A stretch of DNA of 64,000 bases, taken from Candidatus Aenigmatarchaeota archaeon. GTDB lineage: Archaea > Aenigmatarchaeota > Aenigmatarchaeia > GW2011-AR5. Under the pieces are notes generated by a model that was given only the letters and a program-made list of their open reading frames with translations, ran no database searches and was not told where the DNA came from. The translations under genes were made by a program, and so were the position numbers. Of the stretch, positions 55,995-63,718 are shown piece by piece. The stretch spans positions 320,001-384,000 of the forward strand of contig JACPJW010000001.1 in NCBI GenBank assembly GCA_016187335.1, in the 5' to 3' direction. Positions within the stretch are counted from its first letter, which is position 1; each line of letters starts with the position of its first letter.

Positions 55995-57182
55995 ATGGAA
56001 GAAGAAAGCGATAAAACCGATGAAAAGAGCACTAACATAAGAAATGAGAAGTCTTTGGAAGAGATAAATGAGAGCCCCGCTGTCAGGCAGGAAGCTGAAA
56101 AGCCTAAAAAAGAGGTACCCATTGTCTTCTCATCTTCTGAGTGGTTTTCAGCAAAGAGATGGAGCAATAATCCCTTTACTTTCAGCATACTTCCGTCACT
56201 TTTTGTAGGTTACAAAGAGCAGACATCAAGGCTCATGCTTTTTCTCGAAGAAAAGCACAAATTCCTGCTTGTCGTAGGCCCTACCGGCTCGGGCAAAACC
56301 ACGTTGCTGAAGTGGATTCAAGGCAATTTACCAGGCAGCGACACTTTGTACATTGGCAAGCCGCCTGAAACGCCGGCTGATTTTGTTGACATATTCAATG
56401 ACAAGTTCAAGGCACCTTGGTTTTTACGCCCTTTTTCACCGAAAATAAAAAATATTTACCAAGTGCCTGATTTCCTGAACAAACGGCTGAAGAAAAAACA
56501 CCTTGTCGTGTTTATTGACGAAATACACGAAGCAGATTTAGAAATTTTAGAATGGCTGCGCGTGCTTGGTGACCAGGTCGACAACATATCATTTTTGCTT
56601 TCAGGCCTGCCGAGCTTTGACCATGACCTTTCGACAAAGCTGGAGACCTTCCGAAAAAGGATTACAGCCAAGATAGAGCTTCTATCTCTCACAAAAGAAG
56701 AGACGCAACAGCTCATTCAGAGAAGAATACAACATGTTGGGGGTCAGGGTAATGAATTTCCACAAGATGTTGTGGATTTTATTTACAGCCGCAGCGGCGG
56801 CTTTCCACGTGAGGTTTTGCGTTTGTGCGACGAGTTTATAAACCAGGCAATATTAAAAGGCAGCCCTGATATCTCTCTGGATCTTCTGGGAGGCGTGACG
56901 GAGGAAAAAATAGAGCAGCAGGTTTATTTGGATGTTTTAGAAAAAATGACGCCCATGCAGCGGGAAATTTTGGAAGTGCTTGCGCAAAAGCCGCTGTCGC
57001 CGGGCCAGATTGCAAACAGCCTGAACCTGGAAAAATACAAGTCACGGCAGCACGCCGTGCGCAGCGTGAACAATATTCTGAAATTCCTGCTGAAGCAGGA
57101 CTACGTTGAGCGGCAGCAGTTCGAGAAAACCTTCGTCTACTCCCTGACGCCGAAGATAAAGACGCTGATGGTGAAAGCATGA
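55995..57182 (+). CDS. AAA+ ATPase (ExeA/Orc-clade-like) with C-terminal winged helix
   Basis: NPF, GPTGSGKT, FIDEIHE, SGGFPREVLRLCD, C-terminal HTH and wing; acidic N-terminal tail. Confidence 0.85.
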   Translation: MEEESDKTDEKSTNIRNEKSLEEINESPAVRQEAEKPKKEVPIVFSSSEWFSAKRWSNNPFTFSILPSLFVGYKEQTSRLMLFLEEKHKFLLVVGPTGSGKTTLLKWIQGNLPGSDTLYIGKPPETPADFVDIFNDKFKAPWFLRPFSPKIKNIYQVPDFLNKRLKKKHLVVFIDEIHEADLEILEWLRVLGDQVDNISFLLSGLPSFDHDLSTKLETFRKRITAKIELLSLTKEETQQLIQRRIQHVGGQGNEFPQDVVDFIYSRSGGFPREVLRLCDEFINQAILKGSPDISLDLLGGVTEEKIEQQVYLDVLEKMTPMQREILEVLAQKPLSPGQIANSLNLEKYKSRQHAVRSVNNILKFLLKQDYVERQQFEKTFVYSLTPKIKTLMVKA

Positions 57183-57252
57183 ATTACGTGCGCACTATAT
57201 TCTCATCACTGCACAAATACATCCCTAACATAAAAAAGGCTTAAATAGTTAA

Positions 57253-57269
57253 TTACTATCAGATAGTAA
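57253..57269. promoter_or_regulatory. Palindromic operator candidate TTACTATC-A-GATAGTAA
   Basis: Perfect 8-bp arms between TTAAATA (57241) and the ATG at 57277; 13/17 identical to 61253-61269. Confidence 0.5.
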
Positions 57270-57276
57270 GAGAATT

Positions 57277-57834
57277 ATGGCCATATCAGTTGCAGAAGCG
57301 AACCATCTAAATTTTCTTGTCGAGGACTTATCTCCCTTTAGAGGAGAATATTTAACCCAAATTTACGAACGACACCCACAACTTCTGCGTGCTTTTGATA
57401 GATACGCTTTGAAAGGTGGATTGGAACAATTTGAAGCTTTGCCAGTTACATCAATATATGGAGCAGAAGATAGACCAGTATATCAAGAAGTTACTAATGC
57501 CTTAGAAGAAGCCGCTGCAAGAGGAGAACCTGAAAAAGATCAATTTTTACGTAGATTAAGACAGACATATCTGGAAGCGCATAGAGTTGTCCTAGAAGAA
57601 GGTGAAAAAACTCACCGCGCTGTTCGCGTTTTGCCTATAGAGTATCATCATATCGTTGAAAGTAGATTGGATACTTTACAAGGGGTTTCTTCATGCCTAA
57701 GAGATTTATACAAAGTAATGGTCGATATTGTAGGTCAATCTGTTGGGCTTGAAAGAACAAAAAGAACTCCTGATATTCCTCTGGAAAGTTATGACGATAT
57801 CCCGGTAGACTGGCTTAATGATTCTTCTAAGTAG
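57277..57834 (+). CDS. Hypothetical protein (ORFan)
   Basis: 185-aa ORF with A/T-ending codons; TATA-like box and palindrome upstream. Confidence 0.65.
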   Translation: MAISVAEANHLNFLVEDLSPFRGEYLTQIYERHPQLLRAFDRYALKGGLEQFEALPVTSIYGAEDRPVYQEVTNALEEAAARGEPEKDQFLRRLRQTYLEAHRVVLEEGEKTHRAVRVLPIEYHHIVESRLDTLQGVSSCLRDLYKVMVDIVGQSVGLERTKRTPDIPLESYDDIPVDWLNDSSK

Positions 57835-57886
57835 TATAAATTAACCTGCGCATCACGTTCGCATTACATCTCTCACATAAACTTTC

Positions 57887-57914
57887 TTTTGATGCAACTT
57901 TTTTGAAAAGTTGC
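57887..57914 (+). repeat. 28-bp dispersed palindromic element, copy 3
   Basis: TTTTGAT-GCAACTTTT-TTG-AAAAGTTGC. Confidence 0.85.
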
Positions 57915-57990
57915 AAAGTTTCAATTATTTAAGGGTGCGGCACGAATAATCTAACATTCAAAATAAATTATTCTAACGAGGTGCGTATAT

Positions 57991-58245
57991 ATGCAGTCAC
58001 GTGGCAGAGAGCTTGTAGGAAAAGTCGTTGTTTCCGAGGAAACCGGTAGGAAGTTCGGCGTTGTCGGCGACATGAACTTCGTTTCAGAGAGCGGCGAGCT
58101 GCTTTCCCTGGTTTTGGTCGAGCCCACAAGGCACGTATCCGACCTTTCTTTGGAACGTGACGAGAACAGCCGCATGCTTGTGCCTTTCTCGTCCGTGCGC
58201 AGTGTTGGCGACTTCGTCATCATCAGCGAGAAGGACATTGTTTAG
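57991..58245 (+). CDS. PRC-barrel domain protein (CdpB-like)
   Basis: LVGKVVVSEETGRKFGVVGD..G.L, VPFSSVRSVGDFVII. Confidence 0.88.
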   Translation: MQSRGRELVGKVVVSEETGRKFGVVGDMNFVSESGELLSLVLVEPTRHVSDLSLERDENSRMLVPFSSVRSVGDFVIISEKDIV

Positions 58246-58275
58246 GTTTAATGCTTTATTGCTGTTAAAGCATGC

Positions 58276-58548
58276 ATGAGTCGTTTGTACATAGCTGCTG
58301 GTTTAATTATTTTAGCGCTTCTAAATGTGCATGAATACAAATTTTCACTTTCAAGGATGAGGGAAATCCCGGAAAATGTCCCTCCGACGAAAGTAATTGC
58401 TGAGGAAAATAGGGTAACAGGGAAATATTACGCAGAACTGCCCCTGCATTTGAAAGCAGTCGGCCTTCCTTACAGGATTATCACTATTCCGGGAAAATGG
58501 TATGCGGAAAGAAATTTTATGATGGAACGCGTCAGCCAAGAAGACTAG
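58276..58548 (+). CDS. Hypothetical protein with hydrophobic N-terminus
   Basis: 90-aa ORF filling the gap before the radA stop; no motif. Confidence 0.4.
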   Translation: MSRLYIAAGLIILALLNVHEYKFSLSRMREIPENVPPTKVIAEENRVTGKYYAELPLHLKAVGLPYRIITIPGKWYAERNFMMERVSQED

Positions 58549-59585
58549 TCGCTTATCCCCTTCGGTCCCACCTTGAAAACAGCCTCGCCTTCCGGCAAAT
58601 AAGGAGAATCAATTAATCGTGCAATGCGGGTGTCGCCTTTGCTTTTTCTCAGGTAAAGGCGCATCCCGGTCGCGTGCGCAACTATATGCCCGCCTATCGC
58701 AGTCGTCGGGTCGCCGAACATCAGTCCCGGATTCGCCATGACCTGGTTTGTTACGACAACCGCAAGATTGTAAATATCGGCAAGCCTCTGCAGCGCGTGT
58801 ATGTGCCTGTTCAGTTTCTGCTGCCTTGGTGCAAGCTCGCCGCGCCCGCTGTAATCAGCGCGGAAATGAGCAGTGAGCGAGTCAACTACAATTAATTTAA
58901 TGTTTTTCTCCTTGATTATGTCTTTTGCTTTTTCCGATAAGACAACCTGGTGATCCGAGTTAAATGCCCTGGCCACGTAAATGTTCTGCAGGACTTTTTT
59001 CGGGTCCAGTCCCCTGCCTTCTGCGATTTCCCTGATTCTTTCCGGCCGGAACGTCGCTTCCGTGTCTATGAACAGGCACGCTCCGTTTATCCCGCCTTTT
59101 TCTTTAGGCAGCTGAACATTGACAGCAAGCTGGAAGGCAATCTGTGATTTTCCGCTCGCAAACGCGCCGTAAAATTCCGTTATGGTCTGCGTTTCCACCC
59201 CGCCGCCTAACAGGTTATTCAAAGATTCGCTGCCTGTGCTTATCTTGCCGATTTCCTCCCTTCTTTCCATGACTTCCGCTGCCGTCTTGAATCCCATGTC
59301 CAATTTTGCCCTGGCCGCAGCAATGATTTTCTCCGCTGTTAACTCCCCTATCTCACAGACAGCAGCCAGCTCCCCGGAAGAAGTAGCAGCTATTGACATC
59401 AGGTCCTCGTAGCCAGCTTCTTTCAGCTTCTGCGCACCCTTAGGACCGATGCCAGGAAGGTCTTCAATACTTATTTCGCCGTTTTCTTTGTCCCTTTTTG
59501 TTATTTCTTCAGCGCCTTCCATCATCTCTTCTTCTATGATTTCCTCCTTCGTTTTCTTCTCCTTCACAGCGATTTTGCGGGGCAT
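58545..59585 (-). CDS. radA: DNA repair and recombination protein RadA
   Basis: Hh[39 protein letters not shown]; no intein. Confidence 0.97.
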   Translation of the reverse strand: MPRKIAVKEKKTKEEIIEEEMMEGAEEITKRDKENGEISIEDLPGIGPKGAQKLKEAGYEDLMSIAATSSGELAAVCEIGELTAEKIIAAARAKLDMGFKTAAEVMERREEIGKISTGSESLNNLLGGGVETQTITEFYGAFASGKSQIAFQLAVNVQLPKEKGGINGACLFIDTEATFRPERIREIAEGRGLDPKKVLQNIYVARAFNSDHQVVLSEKAKDIIKEKNIKLIVVDSLTAHFRADYSGRGELAPRQQKLNRHIHALQRLADIYNLAVVVTNQVMANPGLMFGDPTTAIGGHIVAHATGMRLYLRKSKGDTRIARLIDSPYLPEGEAVFKVGPKGISD

Positions 59586-59588
59586 AAT

Positions 59589-59735
59589 TTATTCTTCCTT
59601 TACATTTTTTCTTTTCTCAGTCACTTTTTCTGTTTTCCAGTACCAATATAAAATACCAGGTATCAAGAAAAACAATAGCAAAATCACTAATAGTAATTTA
59701 CTACCTCTAAAAACTCTTCTTTCTACTGTTGCCAT
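59589..59735 (-). CDS. 48-aa single-TM microprotein between rpa and radA (absent from the ORF track)
   Basis: MATVERRVFRGSKLLLVILLLFFLIPGILYWYWKTEKVTEKRKNVKEE; 2 nt after the rpa stop and 3 nt before the radA ATG. Confidence 0.65.
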   Translation of the reverse strand: MATVERRVFRGSKLLLVILLLFFLIPGILYWYWKTEKVTEKRKNVKEE

Positions 59736-59737
59736 GC

Positions 59738-60694
59738 TTATCCCATCATCTGCAGCAGCGATTCGATTTCTTTCTTCACATCAACGTTCTTAACGTTGTT
59801 CACGACAAATTCCAGCCTGTCAAAAACCTTGTTGCGCCGTACAGCGCCTTCAAATAAAAACTCCTTTCCCAGCTGAACCCTTTCAAAAACTGCTGCGCGG
59901 TCCATTTTCCTCATGAACGCCTTTCGCGCCTCGTCGGTGCGGTAATTGAGGATTTTCTCAGCATTCTCGCCGAAGAAAACAGCCCTCAGATTGCCCGTGC
60001 CGTCGTCCACGATGCCTGATACAACCAAAGCATGGTCCGGCTCAACTTCGCCATGCTCCTCGCAGCGGAAGTTGTTTTCCTCTTTCACCCTGGCGCTGCA
60101 TTTAGGGCATATTTCGTAGAAAGCGTTGCCCTCGAAGACCTGCAGCAAAGATGCGCGCAATTCCTTGTATTGGTTTTCCCTTAGCTGGGCGATAGCCGAG
60201 CGGTCGTATTTTTTCTGGGCAGTTTCAACCTTTATTTCTTCCTCGGATTTCACGATGTTTCCGTATCTGCCCAGCCTTATTTCGTTTCCGTACAAGCCTT
60301 CCCGCACGAAGCCGCGCACCCTCACGGTGTCGCCCTCCTCCGCGCTCAGCTTCTCTATCTCCTCGTTCCATAAAACAAGACGGATCGATCCAGATTCATC
60401 AGCCAGCGTCACTGCAGCCAGCTTCCCCTTCCCCTTTTCTGATTCGTAATCCTTCCTGTCTATGCGCATTATCTTCCCGACGATATCGACGTTCTGCATG
60501 CCGGGAATGATATTTTCAATGAGCAACCGCTCCGTTTTTCGCAGTTCAACTCCCAGCTCACGCGCCACCATGTATGTCGCGCCTTCGTAAGAAATTAATC
60601 CAGATAGTTCCGCCTGCTTGTCTTCTATCCTGCTGTGTACATCTTCCTCTGTAAGTCCTGACGTAGAAGCAATTTTCCTGATGATTTCGTCCAT
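59738..60694 (-). CDS. rpa: Replication protein A (two OB folds, Zn finger)
   Basis: LADESGSIRLVLW, CPKC..CEEH, DDGTGNLRAVFF. Confidence 0.9.
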   Translation of the reverse strand: MDEIIRKIASTSGLTEEDVHSRIEDKQAELSGLISYEGATYMVARELGVELRKTERLLIENIIPGMQNVDIVGKIMRIDRKDYESEKGKGKLAAVTLADESGSIRLVLWNEEIEKLSAEEGDTVRVRGFVREGLYGNEIRLGRYGNIVKSEEEIKVETAQKKYDRSAIAQLRENQYKELRASLLQVFEGNAFYEICPKCSARVKEENNFRCEEHGEVEPDHALVVSGIVDDGTGNLRAVFFGENAEKILNYRTDEARKAFMRKMDRAAVFERVQLGKEFLFEGAVRRNKVFDRLEFVVNNVKNVDVKKEIESLLQMMG

Positions 60695-60725
60695 GCGTTA
60701 CAATACTGCAATAAAATGTTTAAAG

Positions 60726-60971
60726 GTGAAAATAACAAAAAACAAAGTGAGAAGAGCTCAGGTACTTGAAATCTTTGAAAGCGAACTTACGCAGGAATTT
60801 AATAAAAGAGGCATGAAAGGCTTTCATGATTATTTCTGCGGCTTAAGAGACAGATTTTTGGAAGAACACCAGGAATACAGAAATTCTTTGAAGTTTCTGA
60901 TCGACAGCTTCTATTTCTATTACAGATGGAAGTATTCAAGCTTAGCAAGAAAAAGGAAAGACATACACTAG
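60726..60971 (+). CDS. Possible small hypothetical protein (start uncertain)
   Basis: AT-rich ORF divergent from rpa and overlapping the histone stop; the track ORF from 60618 overlaps rpa, so a GTG start is assumed. Confidence 0.35.
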   Translation: MKITKNKVRRAQVLEIFESELTQEFNKRGMKGFHDYFCGLRDRFLEEHQEYRNSLKFLIDSFYFYYRWKYSSLARKRKDIH

Positions 60972-61183
60972 CTCCTTTCATTAACCCGCCGCGCCATCTT
61001 GATGTCTTTCTTCAGTATAGTCCTTCTGTTTGATATCTCGGAAAGCTTCTGTGCCTCTTTGGAAATGAGGAACGCTTTTTCTTCCAGTACCTTTGCCAGT
61101 TCCTTTGCCGCTTCGTCGCTGACGCGCTTGGCGCCGGCTTTCTTGAACAGCCTGCGGATTGGCTCTATGGTGAGCATGCTCAT
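60968..61183 (-). CDS. Archaeal histone (HMf-like)
   Basis: PIRRLFKKAGAKRVSDEA..L..A.KL....RRTI..KDI. Confidence 0.93.
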   Translation of the reverse strand: MSMLTIEPIRRLFKKAGAKRVSDEAAKELAKVLEEKAFLISKEAQKLSEISNRRTILKKDIKMARRVNERS

Positions 61184-61252
61184 ATGAAATTATTGGGAAG
61201 GCATTCTTTAATTGCTGCGACGGTTGGTGACGATAACTTTAAATATTTAATG

Positions 61253-61269
61253 TTACCATAAAGTAGTAA
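61253..61269. promoter_or_regulatory. Operator candidate TTACCATAAAGTAGTAA
   Basis: Lies between TTTAAATA (61238) and the AGGTGA RBS of 61286; resembles 57253-57269. Confidence 0.45.
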
Positions 61270-61285
61270 CATAAGGTGATTAATA

Positions 61286-61834
61286 ATGAGTTATTTGGGT
61301 ATATTGGCAAGAAAGGTTTTTACACCTAGAGCTTACGGAAGGTTAATTGATCAAAGCCGAAGGGAAATAACCGGGCTTAGAACTCCGCAGCAATTTAATG
61401 ACTACAGAGGAACTCTTCTTCAAGAATTTGGCGGATGGATGAGTGAATTTAACAGATTTGATTTAGGAGAGAATGTCCCGCCTAAAGTGAGATCTCAATA
61501 TTTCTATAGTTTAGCTCAAACTTTCAGCCTTGAGGCTTTTCATGGCGGGCATCCCGAAAACCTTGCGAAAGCTGCAAAAGCTTACCAGATGGCTGGCAGA
61601 CATCACAGAGAAGATGCAAGACAAAAATGGAAAGAATTTTTTGATAAAGCAGTTCGCGGTGAAGGTCTTTTCAGCCTTGGTTTTTCGGAATATGATGTTA
61701 GAAAATATCTGGAGGGATGCAACCTCCCTAGACGCGATAAAGAAAGATATAAGGCAGAATTTGAAGGATTTTTGAAAGAACGCGAAGAAAAAAACAAAGA
61801 AAGGGAGCGACGTTTAAAATCTCGTCGCAATTAG
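61286..61834 (+). CDS. Hypothetical helical protein (ORFan)
   Basis: AGGTGA RBS; 182 aa; A/T-rich codons. Confidence 0.7.
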   Translation: MSYLGILARKVFTPRAYGRLIDQSRREITGLRTPQQFNDYRGTLLQEFGGWMSEFNRFDLGENVPPKVRSQYFYSLAQTFSLEAFHGGHPENLAKAAKAYQMAGRHHREDARQKWKEFFDKAVRGEGLFSLGFSEYDVRKYLEGCNLPRRDKERYKAEFEGFLKEREEKNKERERRLKSRRN

Positions 61835-61980
61835 ATGCTAAAGATACGGTTTTTAAAGGAACTATAGAGGTCCTATTGTATAATTCGGTAATTTTTCCTT
61901 CTTTAACGCATTACAAAGCCATCACAGAAAATGTGAGGCTTCATGTAATTGCTGTAAAGAATATGCCAGCAGAAATTTAT

Positions 61981-62075
61981 TGAAAAATATAAGCTGGAAA
62001 TTATATTTTTCAGCAAAATAATAATGTACGAAATATAGGTTTTTAATTAATTGTCAAGAAGAATTAATTAAAAAC
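61981..62075. promoter_or_regulatory. Two perfect inverted repeats upstream of a wHTH gene
   Basis: TGAAAAATATAA-N8-TTATATTTTTCA (61981-62012) and GTTTTTAATTAATT-N9-AATTAATTAAAAAC (62039-62075). Confidence 0.55.
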
Positions 62076-62158
62076 TATTCTTTCTATCATATATTTATGA
62101 AAGTATCTCTCACGTAAAAATTATTTATATGGGATAAAACAATAACTAAGCAGATAAA

Positions 62159-62464
62159 ATGACGATGAAAACGGATATGGAGGACTTGTTTTTAAGAAAA
62201 AAGCCCGTGCGGCTGCTGCTGAGCATAAAGGTTTCTTCCACGCCAAAATACGTTTCCATCCTTGCCAAGGAAACCGACTGCACTTACTCGCATACGGTGA
62301 AGCTGCTGGAAATGTTCAAGAACCTGGGCATCGTTGACTTTGAAAAGACGGGCCGCATAAAGTATGTCAGGCTCACGCAGGACGGCACTGAGATTGCCAC
62401 GGATTTTGAAAGCGTCCTGCGGAAGTTCACGAAATTGAAGCCGAAGAAGGCTGCGGCGAAGTAA
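62159..62464 (+). CDS. MarR-like winged-helix protein
   Basis: VSILAKETDCTYSHTVKLL..GIV.FEKTGR.KYV.LT..G. Confidence 0.88.
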   Translation: MTMKTDMEDLFLRKKPVRLLLSIKVSSTPKYVSILAKETDCTYSHTVKLLEMFKNLGIVDFEKTGRIKYVRLTQDGTEIATDFESVLRKFTKLKPKKAAAK

Positions 62465-62495
62465 GCTTAAAAACTTTTATAACTTGTAAAATTTA

Positions 62496-62743
62496 ATGTC
62501 ATTGCTACGTTTCGTCGGTTCCACCGAAACAGAAATAGGCGAGGCCCGTCTTTTTAATTTGAGCTTTGCTGATCCTGATGGCAGGTCCGTTTACATTCCT
62601 TCTTTGCCGTACGGTTTTTTAAAAGATTGCCTGACTCACGAGAATGGGTTTATGTAAGAAGCAGAGAAGGTATGGTAACTGAAATAGCAACTCCGAAAGG
62701 AGAGGTGCTTTATCACCGAGCGAGGGAACTCACATCAGTTTAA
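62496..62743 (+). pseudogene. Possible frameshifted small ORF
   Basis: 53-aa ORF 62496-62657 plus an open -1 frame to 62743, joined at T6A4. Confidence 0.25.
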
Positions 62744-63085
62744 GAATTACGACATTCTTGCTTAATTCTGAAAGATTTTGTGCCTTCTCTCACATCAGAA
62801 ATGGCAGAACGGCTTTACTACGCCCTGCTACCGTAATAGCGGCTGCGATACAGAAAATCATAAATATTCCTGCACAGAAGTAGTTAGCACATGACCAAGG
62901 TTGCCTGCCATAAACTAGTAATACAGGGTACTTCACTAAGCCACTCCAGGTAAAATCTGAAGAGTTTTATGTGAGTGTCAGCATAAGAAGAAACAGCAAA
63001 TCAAGGCAAAATAGCAAAATTGTAGTTTAACGTCATGCCTTGACAGCCCTGAAAAGTGCCCCTCGGATACCATTTTTGATGGCAA

Positions 63086-63685
63086 ATGGCTTACCAAAAT
63101 GCGATGAAAAAGGTGCTTGCAATGCCTAAAAAACGGCTTTCAGATATAGTCTTCCAGCGCGTGTCGCCGCCGGACCACAAGCTTGATTTGTCGCCGGAAG
63201 ATTTGTCGTCTGTGCTTGTCCGCAGGCTGGGCCTGAAAAGAAAGGAAAGCCGTGCAAACCACGCTAAGCTGCTCCTGGAACTGCTCAAGTACAAAAAGGA
63301 AAACATTCCGCTCAGCATAGAAGAGATATCCACGATACTCAGTGTTTCGCAATCGCAGACATATGAGGAATTGCGAAAATGGCGCACTTTAGGAATTGTA
63401 GAATTCGTTAAGATACCTTCACAGACAGGATTTATCAAGGGCTATATGCTGACGTCGAACACCGTAAACAAGCTGCTGGATCGCGTGGAATCGTCAGCAA
63501 AGTCTTTCTTCCGCAAGACGCGCCGCATAGCCAAGGATTTCGACGACCTTCTTATGTTAGAGATGGCACGCAGGCAGAAAGAAACCAATGGAGATGCTGC
63601 AAAGGAAGGAATGAAGGAACAGGAAACAGAAAGTGAAGAAAGCGAAGAACCCGGCAATGATGACGAAGCGCCGGAAGAAAACTGA
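63086..63685 (+). CDS. Winged-helix protein with acidic C-terminal tail
   Basis: LSIEEISTILSVSQSQTYEELRKWRTLGIV..GY.L; E/D-rich tail. Confidence 0.8.
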   Translation: MAYQNAMKKVLAMPKKRLSDIVFQRVSPPDHKLDLSPEDLSSVLVRRLGLKRKESRANHAKLLLELLKYKKENIPLSIEEISTILSVSQSQTYEELRKWRTLGIVEFVKIPSQTGFIKGYMLTSNTVNKLLDRVESSAKSFFRKTRRIAKDFDDLLMLEMARRQKETNGDAAKEGMKEQETESEESEEPGNDDEAPEEN

Positions 63686-63690
63686 CTCTG

Positions 63691-63718
63691 TTTTGATTAA
63701 ACTTTTTTGAAAAGTTTA
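63691..63718 (+). repeat. 28-bp dispersed palindromic element, copy 4
   Basis: TTTTGAT-TAAACTTTT-TTG-AAAAGTTTA; 1 mismatch versus copy 1. Confidence 0.85.

Noticed and set aside
58545-59585. Intein or unusual domain in RadA
   Set aside because: The ATPase core is contiguous; there is only a charged N-terminal extension of about 35 aa.
60698-60714. Third copy of the TTAC-N9-GTAA site in the rpa promoter
   Set aside because: Only about 10/17 match with a poor palindrome; could be chance in AT-rich DNA.
62744-63085. Possible ncRNA in the long intergenic region
   Set aside because: No tRNA, SRP, RNase P or C/D-box hallmark could be recognised by eye; needs an Infernal search.
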